From Protoeuglena noctilucae (Eukaryota), in assembly GCA_958009085.1 (NCBI GenBank), contig OY253676.1, positions 496,001-560,000 of the forward strand: 64,000 nt of DNA. Direction: 5' to 3'. Made by a program: the position numbers and the translations under genes. Position 1 is the first letter of the stretch. The number at the start of each line of letters is the position of its first letter. This document shows, piece by piece, positions 50,766-62,400 of the stretch. A model generated the notes under the pieces. The model was not told the origin of the DNA. It saw only the letters and a list, made by a program, of their open reading frames with translations, and did no database searches.

Positions 50766-52960
50766 ATGGAGGACCGCGGACCGCGAGGGGGTGCTGGGCA
50801 GGATGTTGCACCCATGAACGGGGAGAAGGCCGCGCGTGAGCGTGGCGAGGCATCCACGGAGCGTGAGAACGGCGAGTCCGCTTCCGAGTCATCGTCCTGG
50901 TGGGAGAACTTATCCGACAAAACGCGGAGGGCGGCCCAGAGGGCAGGCGAGATCTGCGCAGTGATTTCTCGCCCGCGGGGCGCACGAAACCCAGCGCAAG
51001 CATCGCGTGATGGAACAAAGATAATGACGATAGACAATGACGATGGCGAGTCCCGAGTTTCGTCGACATGCCCGCTGCAGAGCCCCTCGTGAAGCGCGTC
51101 AGCGAGGCGACGAAGAAGACGGCGGCGAACGTGGCCCGTTATGCCCAAGAGACGGCCAAGGCGGCGAAGCGGCACGTGTCGGACCTGGATTCGAGCGCCC
51201 CGCTCCGTCGCTTCACGGAAGCCCTGAATTTGCAGCGTGCAGAGGTGGCCACGGACGAGCCCACGCAGGCGGAGTTGGAGGCGAGGGCGTGCGACTTGCA
51301 GCTCATGGCTCATTCCGTCGCTCGGCGGTCGCTGTCTCCCGAGCTGCGGTGGCGCCCATGTGCCAGCGGCGTGGCATCCCCTGCCACACGGATGTGGTGC
51401 TGTGCGACCGCAGTGGTACTCCATCACCGTGGCTGTCATCGACCTGGCCACCGGCCTCTCCTACGGCACGTTCCGGGACTTCCCCGTCGACCACCTCCCC
51501 CGCCCCGCGCGTGGCAGCGACCTGCCTGACGTGACCCCGGGGGAGGTCGAGTCCGTGCAGCACAGCGGGAAAATCACCTTCACGGACGGAGTCGACGACG
51601 ACGTGCAGGCAGAGCTCCTCACCTCGCTCCTGGTGCGACGAGACGGCTGGGCTGCCGGGGAAGGCTCACTTCCCTTAACTGTCACTCCCCTTAACTGTGC
51701 GTCTCAACCCCTCCCCATGCTCCTCACCTGCAGGCGACGCGCCTGTCGCCCTGGCAACAGCGCCACGCCCAGCTTCTTCTCTACAAGGTCAAGGAGCTGC
51801 GTTACATCCACGACGAGATGTGCGGAGGCGAGTGACAGAATGTCCCTTCTCTCGCACCCAGAATCGGACGTCCCATCCTCTCAGCTGCCCAGCAGCCCCT
51901 TTGCCCACCCGCGACCCTCCCTCGTCCCTCGCTGCAGACAACGCTTCTTTGGAAGTCCTTTTTTGGCTCATCTGGTTCCACCTGGCCCGCCACGTCCTGC
52001 CCACCAACCAAGAGCTCCCGTTGTGGCCCGCACGCAACGCACCAGGCCGCAAGGCACAGGGAGCCGCAGCCACGCCTCCCGGGCAAGTCACCGTGGCTCC
52101 GGGGGAGCACCCCATCGACCCTGCGCGCGTGGCTGGGCAGGGGGCACCGCAGGCGGAGTCCGCTGGGGAAGACGGCGACCGCCGGGGCTTCTGGACGGAT
52201 GTGTCGAGCTCGGTGCGCGTCTTTGGGAAGGATGTGGGCGGCGCGCTGGCGAGCTGGGGCAAGGACATTCGGACAGCGGGCAAGGAGCTTTGGGGTCAAA
52301 AGGGCGGGAGCGGGCAGGGTGCGGGCGGGCAGGGTACGGGTGGCGAGGACGTGGCCCGGGATGCCCAGGGGCCGCCTCAGGGAGAGCGCGCGGAGGAGGG
52401 CAGGAGCCTGGGTGGTCGGCTCAAGAGCGGGCTGACAGGCGAGGAATGAGCCGGTGATCGCGCGCGGGGCCGCACAGGTCGCGAGAAGCCATGGCAGATG
52501 TGCCTGAGAGGTTTATCGCACTTTGCATAAAAAAGTGACTCGCCAGCCCCTATCTGCAGTCGCCCAGCGGGAGGCGGTGGAGTTGGCGAGTCACTTCAAG
52601 GAGGGCGTCTTCAGCATCGGGAGGGACATGACGTTTGCGCGTAACTTTGTGCACCGGGGTGGCGGGGCCCATGGCGACTGGGCAGACGGCGCACCGGAGG
52701 CGGAGGTGGAGGCCATGCGGAGGGGGATCACGGGCACGGAGGCCGGGACCGGCGACGAGGCCAGGGCGGGAGCGGAGGCGAAGGCAGGGGCGGGCGACGT
52801 GCAGGAGACGCCTGGTGGCACTTTGGAGCGTGGGGCGAGCGCGGACATGTGGAGTGCCCAGGGCGGGGCACACGCAGAGCGGGAAGAGGGCATGCAGCCG
52901 GTGGCCGTGCACGTGGAGACACCCCCGGAGACCCCCGTGCAGAGCCCGCGCCAGCACTAG
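50766..52960 (+). CDS. BSD-domain protein, 6 exons
   Basis: TFRDFP..LSPWQQRHAQLLLYKVKELRYIHDEMCG|DNASLEVLFWLIWFHL (BSD FW motif), resembling plant BSD proteins. Confidence 0.75.
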
Positions 52961-53009
52961 CACTAGCGAATCGAGTGTGGGTCCGGAGTTGAACGCGTCC
53001 GCAGCTACG

Positions 53010-54434
53010 TCACGCCGACCAAATGCGAATAGTGCCGTCCTCGGACCCGGAGGCAAAGGTGGAACCCCCCGGCCGGAACTGCACCGTGTGGATGGGCCCA
53101 TGGTGCCCCTTGCACACATCCACCTCCTCCCCCGAATTGACGTCCACGACGTGCAGCCACATGTCGGACCCCCCCATAACCATCAGACCCTTCTCGGGAC
53201 TGCGTTCAGGCGGACGGATCGCATGGTGATCGTGCAGCTGCCGTGGCGACGGGTCACTGTGTCCGTGCCTGAGCCATCTGAGTTCCAGCCGCAGCTCACC
53301 ACAGCGACGCGCTCTCGACCTCGAAACCATCCGGCTTCAGCTTCTTGGTCACGGCGAGGCGCTGGACGTCCCATACCAGAACGCAGCCGGCCTCCGCAGT
53401 GACCAGCTGGTTGGCGTTCGTGAGCTCGATAGACGTGCAGGCGTCCCCCGTCTCGAGCACTGTCGCGCGCTGGCCCGTGCGTACGTCAAACACATATATC
53501 CCGCGGTGATCCGAGCACGCCGCTGCGTAGGGAAGGGGGAATCGAGCAACGTGCCAAACACGACGCGTAGCGGCCGCGGCACGCGAGCCTGCGCGGCGCC
53601 GAGGCCTTGGACAGACAAAGCATAGGCAACGGAGATGGCCGAGCCAGAATCTGCCACGCGCGCCGCACCGAGCAGGAGGTTGTCGCCCTGGACAAACTGC
53701 AGACACCGAATCGAGCTCGGGAGGTTCGAGATCGTGCGGGGTTCGGCGTCTGGGACGTTCACGTCGTAGAGTCGAACCATCTTATCCTGGCAACCAGTCG
53801 CAAACACGTTGTGGGCCAGCTCCGCGAACGCCACCGACCGCACAATGTGCTGCGTGACGGAGGGGGGGAGAGAGCCGGTGTTAGGCGGCCGGACAAGCCG
53901 AGCCGCGAACGCCACTGAACAGAGGACGGACGCCCACGAGCGCCTGCTGGATGCGCGCACCTTATGCTCGAACTTGTGCTTGAGGTCGCCGCTGCAGGCG
54001 TCCCAAACGTTGGCGTAGAAGTCCGCCGAGCCCGTCACCGCCAGCAGCGCGGGGCGATTGAGGTCCGCGGACCACACCGCACCGTTATGACCGTCAAACG
54101 TCCCAATCCAATCCCCCGTGTCCCCGGATCGCAGCATTGGCTTCCCATCCTTGGATGCCGATATCAAAAACACGCCGTCCGGCGTCGGCTGAGAGTAGCT
54201 GACCTGCGCACGTCACACGAGCGGGCGAACAGCGTCTGCTCGGGGAGGTAAGCTAGCGCCACGGGCCCACCGCGAGCCTGCGCGTCGTCCGCATCGGCCG
54301 CGGCTCGCCCCGCCGCGTCGCGACGCAGGCCCGCGCCCAGGGACGCGGGCCGGGCGCGAGGAAAGCACCTGGACGATGGGCCTGGAGTGCCCGTGGCAGA
54401 CGAGAGGAATCTGATACTTCGCGTTCGCAGTCAT
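53010..54434 (-). CDS. STRAP: WD40 protein STRAP/UNRIP
   Basis: PLVCHGHSRPIV|VSYSQPTPDGVFLISASKDGKPMLRSGDTGDWIGTFDGH..KGHHGPIHTVQF..ASGSEDGTIRIW. Confidence 0.95.
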
Positions 54435-54847
54435 CGCGCCCGCTCTCAGGCGATGCGCTCGTCTAGAGGGCCCCGCCCGGCTCCCTGCTCGCTCCCGGGG
54501 CCGTGTTCGCCCAGACTATCCTAGCAGACCTCGCTCGGTCAGAGAGTAGGCGGCTCACTCGTGCTCGTGGACCGCTAGCAAAACACTGTGCAAGCCCAGC
54601 GCATCCAATCCCCCGCTCCCTCCGTGTTGCCGCATCATAGCCGTGACGCGCGTGGCGACCTTGGAAGTCCTCGCCCGCTGGTCTGACCGGTTTGGCCTCG
54701 TAGGTGGCGCGCGTTTCGGGTCGGGAGCGGCGGACTCCCTTCGATTTTCGATGGGGGCACCGTCCCCCGGACCCGACTCGGGCTAGGTCCCGGCGGCGTC
54801 CATCGCAGCGGCACTTGGCCGGCGTTTCCTGCCTTTCCCGCGACGCC

Positions 54848-57800
54848 ATGTCCCGAGAGGAGTACGATGGGGTCAAGGAGGCCCGCAAGGAGGTCCTGGG
54901 GCACCTTGTCCGCCTCTGCGACACGTTCGGGGTGCGGCGCGCCCGTGCCTTCGGTTGCCGCGATCCTGGCGCCTTTTTCGCCGCCCCTGGCCCTCGCGTG
55001 ACATATACCCGAACACCGATGGGTTTGTTATGCGGGTCTGTGCCGCTGAGATCCCGCGTAGCACCGGGATCTACCCGGGGCAGCACGGGGCGAGGGCGCG
55101 GGCCGACCCATCGCCGCGACGCAACGCGCGCCCCACGCGCGGCCGCAGGAGATCAAGAACGTCGGCGTGAAGTCACAGATCGTCAACATGGCCACTGGCC
55201 TGCAGCTCTTCAGCGTGTCGAACGCCGGCAGCCCTCAACTCGCTGTGGAGTACCTCCTGGACTGTGCCACGGAAATCCCGCCCAAGGCGAGGCATGCCGC
55301 CGAGCCCCGTGTTTTCAAAGATGCATTTGATTCAGAGCTGGCCGTTGGAATCGCACGTGGAGGCCGGGCGCTCGCGGCGGGCCAGCCCTCCAGCGCACGC
55401 TGCCGCGATCGCAGGTCCCAGCTTACGCGGGCATCGTGGCGGTGCTGGCAGTCAAGGGCCACACGGAGTTGGCGTCCCTGGCGCTCCGCACGTGCTCGGA
55501 GCGCCTCCACGCGCACCTGCAGGAGGGTGCACACCCGCAGGCCCGGGGCATGCTGCGTTTCCTGGCAGCCTGCGCCGCTTACGGGGCGATCCCCGCTTCC
55601 GTGGTGCACGCCGTGATGGCCGCCGTCGTCAACGCGGCCGGCCACTGCGCCATGGCCGGCGCGGGCCGCGCCCACACGCTGTGGCAGCCGTACTGCGACT
55701 CGCTCGTCCGCATCACGCTGCTGGCGCTCCCGTTCGGCATGCCCGCCCTCCGTGAGCCCGTGAAGGGCAGCGACGCGGCGCAGGAGGAGGACGCGTTGGG
55801 CCGGCTGCTCTCTACGGTGGGCGCCTACATGGCGATGCGGCCGGCGACCGTGGACCGCCGCTTCGGCCCCACGGGCGCCCTCCCGGACGGCACCGAGTGC
55901 GGGGACGACTCTGGGATGTACTCGCTGACGGGCGACACGTTTCAGGCCGTCCAGGAGTGCCATGCGCAGGGCAAGTGGACCGACGTCCAGGTGCGCGCAG
56001 TGTGGGTCGCAGGGGTAGCGCCTTGCTCTGCCCTCCCGCGGGGCTTGGCGCACCCATCCAGCCGGAGTGCGTGACTCCCGTCCGCCTCGCACCTGGTTGC
56101 AGACGGTCCGCCTGTTTCAGTCAGATCTGGCAGAGGTGCTCATGGGACTGACGCCCCTGGAGGTGGAGCTCGCCCCCATCGAGGCCCCCGTCCAGCCCCC
56201 GCGCGTCGACCCTCAGGCGAACGAAGCCGTCATTGCCGCGGCGCTCGTCGAGCACTACGGGCCGAGGGGACGCATGAGGGTGAGGCGACGAAGTGCCTGG
56301 CGCCCGCCTTGCGCCTTGCCAACTGCGCTGCACATTGGCAGCCGGGGTCTTCGCGGAACTGCTCGCACCGTACTGTCACGCTTGATCAGGCCAGTCGCCA
56401 CCCGCTGCACCGTCGCTCGAGTCGTCTCCCCATCATCGTGGCGACCGACACATGTCGCCCGCTCGTGCTTTCAGATCTTGGACCCGGCGGTGACGCGCGG
56501 GACGGCCCTGCTCCTGGAGCGCATCATGTTCGAGGACTACGTCACAGACATCATCGACGTCTGGCACGACGACCGCACCGAGTGCGTCAAGCGACTGGCC
56601 ACGCTCCCCGTCTCGCCCACCCAAGCCGCCTCGTACGCACCCATGCTGGCAGAGGCCCTGTTCGGGCAGGTCCTCCGCCTGCCCGTGCCCCGCCACCGCC
56701 TCATCGCCTACTTCGTCGTCATGGTCGACCTCTGCCGCCTCAAGAGCATCTCCTTCTCCCGGGCCATGTCCGGGTGCATGCGAGAGCTCTTCAAGCTCAT
56801 GGGGACCCTCGACGCGGCCCTGCGCGACCGCCTCGCCGAGTACCTCGCATACCACCTGAGCTACTTCGACTTCATCTGGCCGTGGGACAAGTGGGCGCAC
56901 GTGGTGGGCGCGCCCAAGGTGAGACCGCGTGCAAAGCGCCTAGCACCGCCGCGCTCCAACCGACCACCGCGCCCGCCCCGCCCACGCTGAATCCCCGTCC
57001 CACCCGGCCCTTTCGCTCCGCAGCACGATCCTCAGCGCCACTTCTGCCAGCTCCTCCTGGCACGCGTCCTCCGGGTGTCCTACTGGGGCAAGCTCCTCGA
57101 CTCCGTGCCGGCGTCCTTCGAGCCCCTGCGGCCCTCGGAGCCGCTCCCGGACCCCGCGCGGCCCCCGTCCGTGTCGACGGCGGACCTGGGCGGGCTCGAG
57201 CCCTGGCGCAGCGTGGCGGACGAGGTGGCGGGGATGACTTCGGGACGCGACAAGGTGTCGGAGGCGGAGCTGGGCGACTACCTGGGGCAGGCGGGGTTGC
57301 GGGAGCGCCTGGGAGGCTCGGCGGCGCTCCTGCGCGCGGTGGTGCGGGGGGTGCTGGAGGGAGGCGCCAAGTCCCTGACGCACTCGGTGGCCGCTTTGGA
57401 GCGGTACGCGAAGCCAATCAAGGCCGCGGTGGAGGCGCTCGAGGGCGAGGGGGAGGCTGTGTGTATCGAAGGCGAGAAGGGGGCTGAGGGGGCGGAGGCG
57501 GGGTGGGGTTGTCAGGCTACCCCGCATGGTTCGATGCAGGCCACGTGTTCTTCGTCATAACGCCTTCGTCCCTTCCCTGTGATGCAGCCGCCGCCGATTT
57601 CTACAAGCACAACCCGCAGCGCTTCCTGATCATGATCGACCGCATGATGGGCTTGCGGTTCGTGGGCGTGGAGGCGCTTGTGCGGTGGTGCGCTGCTCAG
57701 GTGACACCCGTTGGCCGCCGCGTGCTCGCCCACTGGCACAGCATAAGTGGTGGAACCTGCTGCGTATGGCGTCTGCTGACGTCCTGGCTCATCGTGCATC

Positions 57801-58597
57801 GCAGCCCGCCCTGACTTCGGTGCAAGACCCGCTGCCGTCCGCGACGGTGTGGGAGGCGCTGCACGGGGCCCTGGACCGGATGGTGGCACGCACGACTGAT
57901 TGCGTCAGCGACGTGCAGCAGGCTGCCGGCGTGCTGGGACAGTCCAGAGACTACGAGCGGGATGCGTTGGCAAAGCTCGAGCAGGCACGGGAAGCGAGGG
58001 AGAGGGGGGAGAGCCGCGGGCTAGGAGAGGAGGAGGAGATCGAGGGGGCGGAGGGGCGCGTCGTCGCGGCGCGGCAGCGAGTGCTGGCGGCGGAGCAGGC
58101 ACTTCAGGACGCGCAGGCGAGAGCGGAGGACGTGCCGGATGCTCGAGGCGTGAACGGGGATGGCTGTTTGCGATCAGGCTTTCACGCTGCGTGATTCCTG
58201 CTTTCCTCTGCACCTGCAGGACGCGCTTCGGACCGCCGAGGAGGACGAGCGGAGGGCGTTGCTCCAAGCGCTGTCGCTGCTGATAGCTCGACTGGGGGAC
58301 CCCGCCGCGATGCCGCCGCCCCCGCCGCCCAAGGTCGTCCACCCGCGCGCTGTCTTCGGCGCGGACGCCAATGGCGGTGGCGGGGACGATGAGATGGGCG
58401 AGACGGGGGAGCTGGACGAGGAGGCGCGGCGAACGCTGGAGGTGCACCGGTTGATTGTGCGGATCGGCGGGGTCGCGCGGAAGTACCTGGCGCGTCTGGC
58501 GCCCAAGTGGGGAGAGTTGGACGGCGAGGTGTGCGCCCAGGGGCGCGTGCATCCGCGGGTGCGGGACGCAGTGGTCGGGGTGTTTACCGGCATATGA
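54848..58597 (+). CDS. CBP80: Nuclear cap-binding protein subunit 1 (CBP80/ABH1)
   Basis: LLDCATEIPPK|VPAYAGIV, LAEALFGQVLRLP..YFVVMVDLC, RDRLAEYLAYHLSYFDFIWPWDKW, GAKSLTHS..LERY, NPQ..IDRMM. Confidence 0.92.
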
Positions 58598-59444
58598 GGT
58601 GCACACGGCCGGCCCGACGCGCTCCTTGAAAGCTTGAATCACCACCTGTCGTGCTGATCATCATGATGTGCACTTTCCTCGCCTAGTCAGGTCAGCGTCG
58701 GACGGAGGAAGCTGTGAAAGCTGAGCGTGTGGTCGTTCGTCCCGCGAGCTAGTCATCTTACTGGTAAAGAACCCGTCGTCTGGTTTCGTTTCGCACCCGA
58801 CCATCCACCCCTCTGAAACTCCAGGCTAGATTCGCGCAAAAAGCTTTCCTCACATGCTCTGCACGATAACGCCGCTGCATTGGGAAAGGAAGGTGCAGTG
58901 ACGTGCCAGCTGACGGCCCGGCGTCGCTCGGTGCCCGGGGTGGGGGGGGATGGCAGCGACGCCTCCCCTAGGTGTGGAGCGTTTGACCACTCGTCCCGCC
59001 TTCGACGACGTCCTGTCCGAAGGTGCGTTTTTGCGCTCTCCCCGCCACGCGCGATGACCCGGAGTGACCGCCCCGAGGCGGGCAGCCCTTGGCTGGTGGC
59101 CAGGCATACAGTCGCTTGAGGCCTGCGCGCCCGGGCCAGCGCTCCAAAATGGCTTGGCGGTGCTCCACTGTCATGAATGCTTTCTTGCGTTGCCTGCGGT
59201 ATGCACGAGCACACGCACGCCTCCCGCAACGCGCGCAGCCCCGGCGTACATCTCGCGCGGCTTTTCTGTCGACGACGATGCGCCACACAACAGTCTGCCC
59301 GCGTCTGCGCATGCTTCGTGGGCACGGGAGGATGGGGGAGAGGACGGGGACGGGAAAGTCACGCGCCTGGGGCGGAGAAGGGACTCGAAGGCGAGGAAGG
59401 GGTCTAGGGTTCGCCGCGAGTGCACGGAACGCGTCCTCTCAGCC

Positions 59445-62400
59445 ATGTCACAGGCCGCACCTGTCAGATGTGACTGGCTGTCATCGTCCCTGCAGGCCAG
59501 CCGCATGGGCCGACGACGCAGCGTGATGCGCAGCTTGGGACAGGGTCTGGGGAACCTCGTGAAGACTCTCTCGCGTGCCATATCCGGGATCGGGAGCACG
59601 TTTTCGCGTTCCATCTCACGCATCAGCCAGGATGAGCTTGACGAAGCGCTGGGGGACACGTGAGCACACCGCGAAAGCCGGAGGCGAGTGACGAGCGATG
59701 CAAGAGATGCGATGCGCAGACGGCCTCCCCACGACTCTCCTGCCCGCAGAGCTCCACGGAACTCCGACGCTGCTGCTGTGGCGCGCGCTGCGCCTCCCCC
59801 GGACCCCCGGGCCTCTGAGAGCTTCACGTCCCGCCCGGCCCCGGCCCTGCCCAAGCCCAAACCGGGTCCCCTGCCCCACCCGCCAGCCCGTCCTGCGGCC
59901 CAGGCTCGCGCTGACACGGACGACCGTACGCGGGCGCTGCAGGAGATGCCGCCCGAGCTGCACCGGGACCTGATGGGTGTCATGCGCCTCCCGACCCCCG
60001 TGGGTGGCATCGAGCCGCCGCCGTTAGATGCCTGGGACCCCTCGCGCTTCGAGGATGCCAGGGACTCGAGCAGCGACGTCCCGGAAAGCGCGGAGAGATC
60101 TCCACGCGCCCACACGTCTGCGCGGTGGAACCCGGTCGGCGCTGTGCACCAAGCCAGGGGCGAGGCACCGAGGCGAGGCGCACGTGCTGTGCTCTGGGGC
60201 ACACGAGAATGGAGCAGCTGCATAGCACGCGCTCTACCTTTCTCTGTCGCGCTGCCTGAGGTTGGCAGGAGGACTCACACAGTCGGCGACCCCCCGTTCG
60301 ACGCCTGCAGAGCTCGGCCTCAGCCGGCCAAGCTGAGTGACCAGCTGTGGGACTTCAAGGCCCCACATCGCAACGACAGCGGGGGCTTGATGAGCCTGGG
60401 AGACGTGCTTAGTCCCAAGGCGGACGTCGGCTCGGGGCGTGGGGATCAGATGTCGGACCACTCTTCAGTGATCGAGGACATGCAGGCCGTATCTCTCACG
60501 AACGGCTGGGCGGGGGCTCTGGCGGAGTCAGAGAGGATCGCACGGTGAGGCGGGGAGGTGCATGGGTGGTGGTCGTGACTGTCGAGATGCCCTTGGCTTG
60601 TCCCAGGCAGCAGTGCGGATGTGGCTCAGTTGTACGGGGTGGGGTGGGTGGATCGGGACGGACTGTGCTCGTCTACATGGTGGCGTTCGTGCTGTTGTTG
60701 CAGATACGAGCACGCGCAGGACAGGGAGAGGGAGCATTACCTGTCCTCGCGGTCGATGCGCATGCGGGGCGCAAATGGTCGCGGCGGGGAGCACGAGCCC
60801 ACGCTGAAGGACCTGCAGGCGGCGGGACTGCAGCACACGTACGATGCGGTGAGTGTGGGGCAGGGAGGGGTGGCAGCACACGTATGATGCGGTGAGGGCG
60901 CCGCTCCTGCCACCGGCACACCCGTGTCAGCCCCATAATGTGAACGTACTTTGTGCTACAATCGTGGGCCTAGGCAGAACCATGCAATACCGTGTCTGCC
61001 TTTCGACTGCAGATGATGGACTTAGGCAGGAATATGCGGCGGGAGTTTCGGTCTTCCAGGGCCAGCCAGTCAGGAATGGGAAGCATCGCACCCGCCTCCG
61101 AGCCGCCCCCCGGGCCGACGCGAGCACAGAGCAACTGGTCGGTGAGATATGGTGCAGCTTCTTCAAAATCTGTAACACATCGCTACGACCTCTTGTGTCG
61201 ATCTGTATTGCATGTCCTGTCCTCTGTCCTGCCTATGCGCGACCCCACATCCCATCGTGTCGCATCACACCCAACCCCTTGGCTCCAGACACCCCGCCCA
61301 ACCTCTTCCAGGCACCCTCCGCCCCACTAAACGCTTCTTGATGCGTCTCTCTCATTCGCAGAAAGCGCGGACCGTGACCAAGGCCACCACGTTCCTGTCC
61401 ATCGCCTCGACACGCTTCCGGGCCTTGCAGCAACTGGCCACAAAGTCACTCGAGGACATCTACGAGGATGAGCCGGGGGAGACCAAGGAGAGCAAGGTGA
61501 GACGGGAATGCAGACGAAAAGACGCGCACTGAGGTCCAATCTGCTGACTTAGACGTTGGATCCTGCAAATGGACGTGCACGACCGACCCTTCCAAGCCCC
61601 TCGCCTGGCCTCAGTACGGCGGCCGCGCGTACCAGATGGCGCTGGAGGCTTCGGTGAACGAGGAGGCCCACCAGGCGCTGATGCACTTGGAGATGGAGGG
61701 GCGCAAGCAGGCCAAGCAGGATCGGGTGGCAAAGTACCAGGCGCGCAAGGCCGAAGAGGACAAACAGCGCGCCGACCACTTCCGGGAGCTCCTGCTCCAG
61801 CAGCAGGCCGAGACGGTGGCGGCGGCGGTCATCCAGACGTACGCGCGGCGGTGGCTGGCGGCGCGCATGGTGGCGAGGCTGCGCATGCGGCGGCGGCTGG
61901 AGCGGGAACGGGAGGAGGAACACCGCCGGGCGATGGCGGAGGCGGCGGAGAGGGAGAGGGCCGCGGAGGAGGAGAGGCGCGCGAGGGAGGCCGAGGAGCG
62001 GGCGCGGGTGGCGGGGGTGTTGGAGGAGCGGATGAAGGCGGCCAAGGTCAAGCACGTCAGCCGCGTGCGCAGGCACGGGCAGGGGCAGGCGCCGTCGGGC
62101 CTGGCGAGCGTGCGGGAGGGTCTGAGCCCCACGCCTCCCGGATGGGCGTCGCCCGCGCCGCCACGGGGCAACGCGTTGTTCAGCGCCGTGCGGGGCCCCA
62201 CTGCCACGGCGGACACGGAGCCCATCCTGAGGGATCCCGAGGGGCCACGCCCGGTCATTGGCCGGCAGAAGAGCCTGTCACTCATGGACGACAGAGGTGA
62301 GGGCCGATGGGCACGCGCTTGCGCGGAGAGGATGACAGGCTGTTGCTGCCCCAACCTCGAGACCCATGGGTTCCCATGGTGTGTGACCTGGCCCAACTGT

